Of a DNA stretch of 36,521 nt, positions 36,100-36,521 are shown piece by piece. Where the stretch lies: assembly GCA_963514005.1 (NCBI GenBank), contig CAUPSL010001515.1:1-36521 (forward strand), read 5' to 3'. A program made the position numbers and the translations under genes. Numbering within the stretch: the stretch's first letter is position 1; the number at the start of each line of letters is the position of its first letter. The notes below the pieces were generated by a model that was not told the DNA's origin, did no database searches, and worked only from the letters and a program-made list of their open reading frames with translations. The DNA comes from Raja brachyura. Lineage: Eukaryota.

Positions 36100-36521
36100 G
36101 TGAGGAAGAAAAATGCGATGCCATCATTCATTTCAAGAAGACTAGAATATAATAACAGGGATGTAAATCTTAGGTTTTATTTTACATTTGGTCTGACCTC
36201 ATTTGGAGAATTGTGAGCAATTTTGGGCCCAATACCTGAGGAAGGATGTGTTGGCTTTGGAGAGGGCCCAGAAGAGGTTTACGACAATGTTATTGGGGAT
36301 GATTGGGTTAACGTATGACGTGACGACATTGGGCCTGTACTCGCTGGAGTTTAGAAGGGTGAGGGGGGACTGAGGATGTGGAGGATGTTTCCAGTAGTGG
36401 GAGAGTCCAGGACCAGATGGCATTGCCACAGAATAAAATGACGTACCCATAGAAAGGAGAAAATTATGATTTTTTTAACCAGAGGCTGGTTAATCTGTGG
36501 ACTTCATTTCCAGAGACGGTG
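36100..36521 (+). mobile_element. Degenerate CR1 fragment running off the window end
   Basis: Similarity to the other CR1 RT C-terminal regions in the window. Confidence 0.7.

Overview
Eukaryotic genomic DNA, not prokaryotic. It is most likely from a cartilaginous fish, probably a skate or ray; this is inferred from the repeat families and the protein, not from a database search. The only host gene I can support is a T-cell receptor beta constant gene (TRBC) on the + strand with four GT-AG exons: Ig C1 domain 9067-9417, connecting peptide 11518-11538, transmembrane 14321-14427 and cytoplasmic tail 21868-21894. The exon phases join into one open frame. No V, D or J segments or convincing RSS are visible, and there are three N gaps. 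Most of the rest is retroelement sequence: many CR1-clade LINE copies (one near full length with a younger copy nested inside it), Rex1/Babar and L2 fragments, Penelope-like fragments with decayed hammerhead cores, tRNA-derived V-type SINEs, a Helitron-like element and GA/CT microsatellites. The most notable observation is a frameshifted duplicate of the TM exon in intron 1 (9725-9817). It keeps an acceptor and is followed by AATAAA and a donor, so it could yield a TM-less (soluble) TCR-beta or act as a poison exon. Also notable are a candidate TCR-beta 3' enhancer with Ets-Runx composites (about 31140-31490), a ~400-nt AG-free zone with a distant branch-point motif before exon 1, and inverted CR1 copies flanking the TM exon.
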